64,000 bases of DNA from Ruditapes philippinarum (lineage: Eukaryota). This document shows positions 62,517 through 64,000 of the stretch, one piece after another (the stretch's first letter is position 1; each line of letters opens with the position of its first letter). The notes under the pieces were generated by a model, which was not told where the DNA came from, searched no databases, and worked only from the letters and a program-made list of their open reading frames with translations. Location of the stretch: the NCBI RefSeq assembly GCF_026571515.1, contig NW_026853744.1, positions 1-64,000 on the forward strand. The letters are read 5' to 3'. A program made the position numbers and the translations under genes.

Positions 62517-63670
62517 AACTAGAACTGCCACTGTCATGGCGTGAATACCACGGCATACCACTTTGTCAGAATCAACACTGGCCATTTAGAGCTCAAGGAC
62601 AACCTCCCTGCCTAAAATGCTAAGTTATGATTCTACATGCTTCAAATGTGAAAATGTCAAAATCAATACTCTGAGGACAGGCATTCTTAAGCATTTGAGC
62701 AGACAAGCTTATTATAGTAAAAACCATGTGACCTTGACATTTGACACAGTCACCTAAAAATCAAAAGGGGTCATCTACTAGTCATAAACAACCTCAATAC
62801 CCAATATGAAGACTGTTGACCAAAGCATTCTTAAGCAATTGAGCAGACAAGCTTTTTTGGTCAAGGCCCCTGTGACCTTGACCTTGGACCCAGCGACTTA
62901 AAAATCATAAGGGGTCACCTTATGGCCATGATCAACCTCCATGCCAAATATGTAGACTGTGGGTCAAAGGTTTCTTATGTTATTGGGCGGACAAACTTTT
63001 TGAAGTCAAAGTCCATTTGACCTTTGACCCAGTGACCTCAAAATCAATAGGGGTCATCTACTAATCATGACTATCCTCCATGCCAAATATGAATACTTCT
63101 GGTCAAAGGAATTTTAAGTTATTGGGTTGACAAGTTTTTTTTAGTCAAGGCCCCTGTGACCTTTACCTTTAACCCAATGACCTCAAAATCAAAAGGGGTC
63201 ATCTATTAATCATAGCTAACCCCCATGCCAAATATGAAGACTGTGGGTTAAAGGAATCTTAAGTTATTGGGCCTACAAGCTTTTTGAAGTCAAGGCCCCT
63301 GTGACCTTGATATTAGACCCGGTGACCTCAAAATCTAAGGGCATCATCTACTAATCATAACCAATCTAAATACCAAATATGAAGACTATGGGTCAAAGGA
63401 ATCTGAAGTTATTGGGCAGACAAGCTTTTTGAAGTCCAGGCCCCTGTGTCCTTGATCTTTGACCGAGTGAACTCAAAATCAATAGGGATCATATACTAAC
63501 CATGACCAATACCAAAATTTGAAGAATGTGGGTCAACGGAATCAGAAGTTATTGGGTGGACAAGGAAAAACCGATGGAAGGCCGGACGGTGACAGCTGGA
63601 TGTCTTGACGGACAAGCTGATTCCAGTGTACCCCCCTTACAACTTCGTTGTGGGGGGGGGGGGTATAAAA
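62517..63670 (+). mobile_element. HINE-like element with ~144-bp internal repeats
   Basis: aactagaactgcc start; aaaatcaaaaggggtcatcta-like motif at ~62757, 62901, 63041, 63186, 63330, 63476; ggac repeats; taccccc...gggggta terminal palindrome. Confidence 0.65.
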
Positions 63671-64000
63671 ATAACACAGCATAATTTCACAAAATGTTAA
63701 CCTTAACCACAGACTGACTTGAAATTTTCATCTTGATACCCCAAGAATCAAAAAAAGACTGTCACAGTTCTATAAAAAATTCAGCCAGGTAAAGGGTTAA
63801 ACCAGGACAAGTCCATTACATTCAAGTAAGTGCAATAATGGTTAAAGCAGCATGCCTCCTAATTAATTTTTGTGAAAACTTCAAAAAATGATGAAAATTT
63901 TTTTGTCGAGTGTACATGCATGCACAAAATAAGTTATTTAATCTATCATTTGGGTCATATTTAACCTGTAACTTGTCAAAAAAGGTAAACATTTCTCTTC

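Overview
AT-rich, repeat-dense eukaryotic DNA. The repeat families look like those of a bivalve mollusc (inference). The main gene is a complete 14-coding-exon SLC6 (Na+-coupled neurotransmitter/amino-acid transporter) on the minus strand, 32896->5783. Spliced by hand at GT/AG junctions it gives 1899 nt and 632 aa with no stops. Most notable observations: (1) intron 1 holds a same-strand nested two-exon gene with its own CCAAT/TATA/Inr and polyA signal, encoding a 75-aa secreted precursor (4 Cys, polybasic sites, C-terminal amidation signal); (2) the last intron holds a ~50-unit minisatellite whose unit copies the gene's own final splice-acceptor junction, in frame; (3) the transporter has lost the canonical chloride-site residues and gained a TM7 Asp; (4) a terminal exon at 61500-62198 encodes an EEP-like enzyme C-terminus with a Cys-rich two-TM insert; (5) a ~950-bp inverted duplication has a 120-bp perfectly identical core. 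The rest is mobile DNA: an internally deleted Gypsy element with TSD, a decayed Ngaro/DIRS element, a near-intact L2/CR1-group LINE inside a satellite-bearing Helentron-type element, Tc1, Penelope and Gypsy relics, tRNA-SINEs and MITEs. All alignments were done by eye; no database searches were run.
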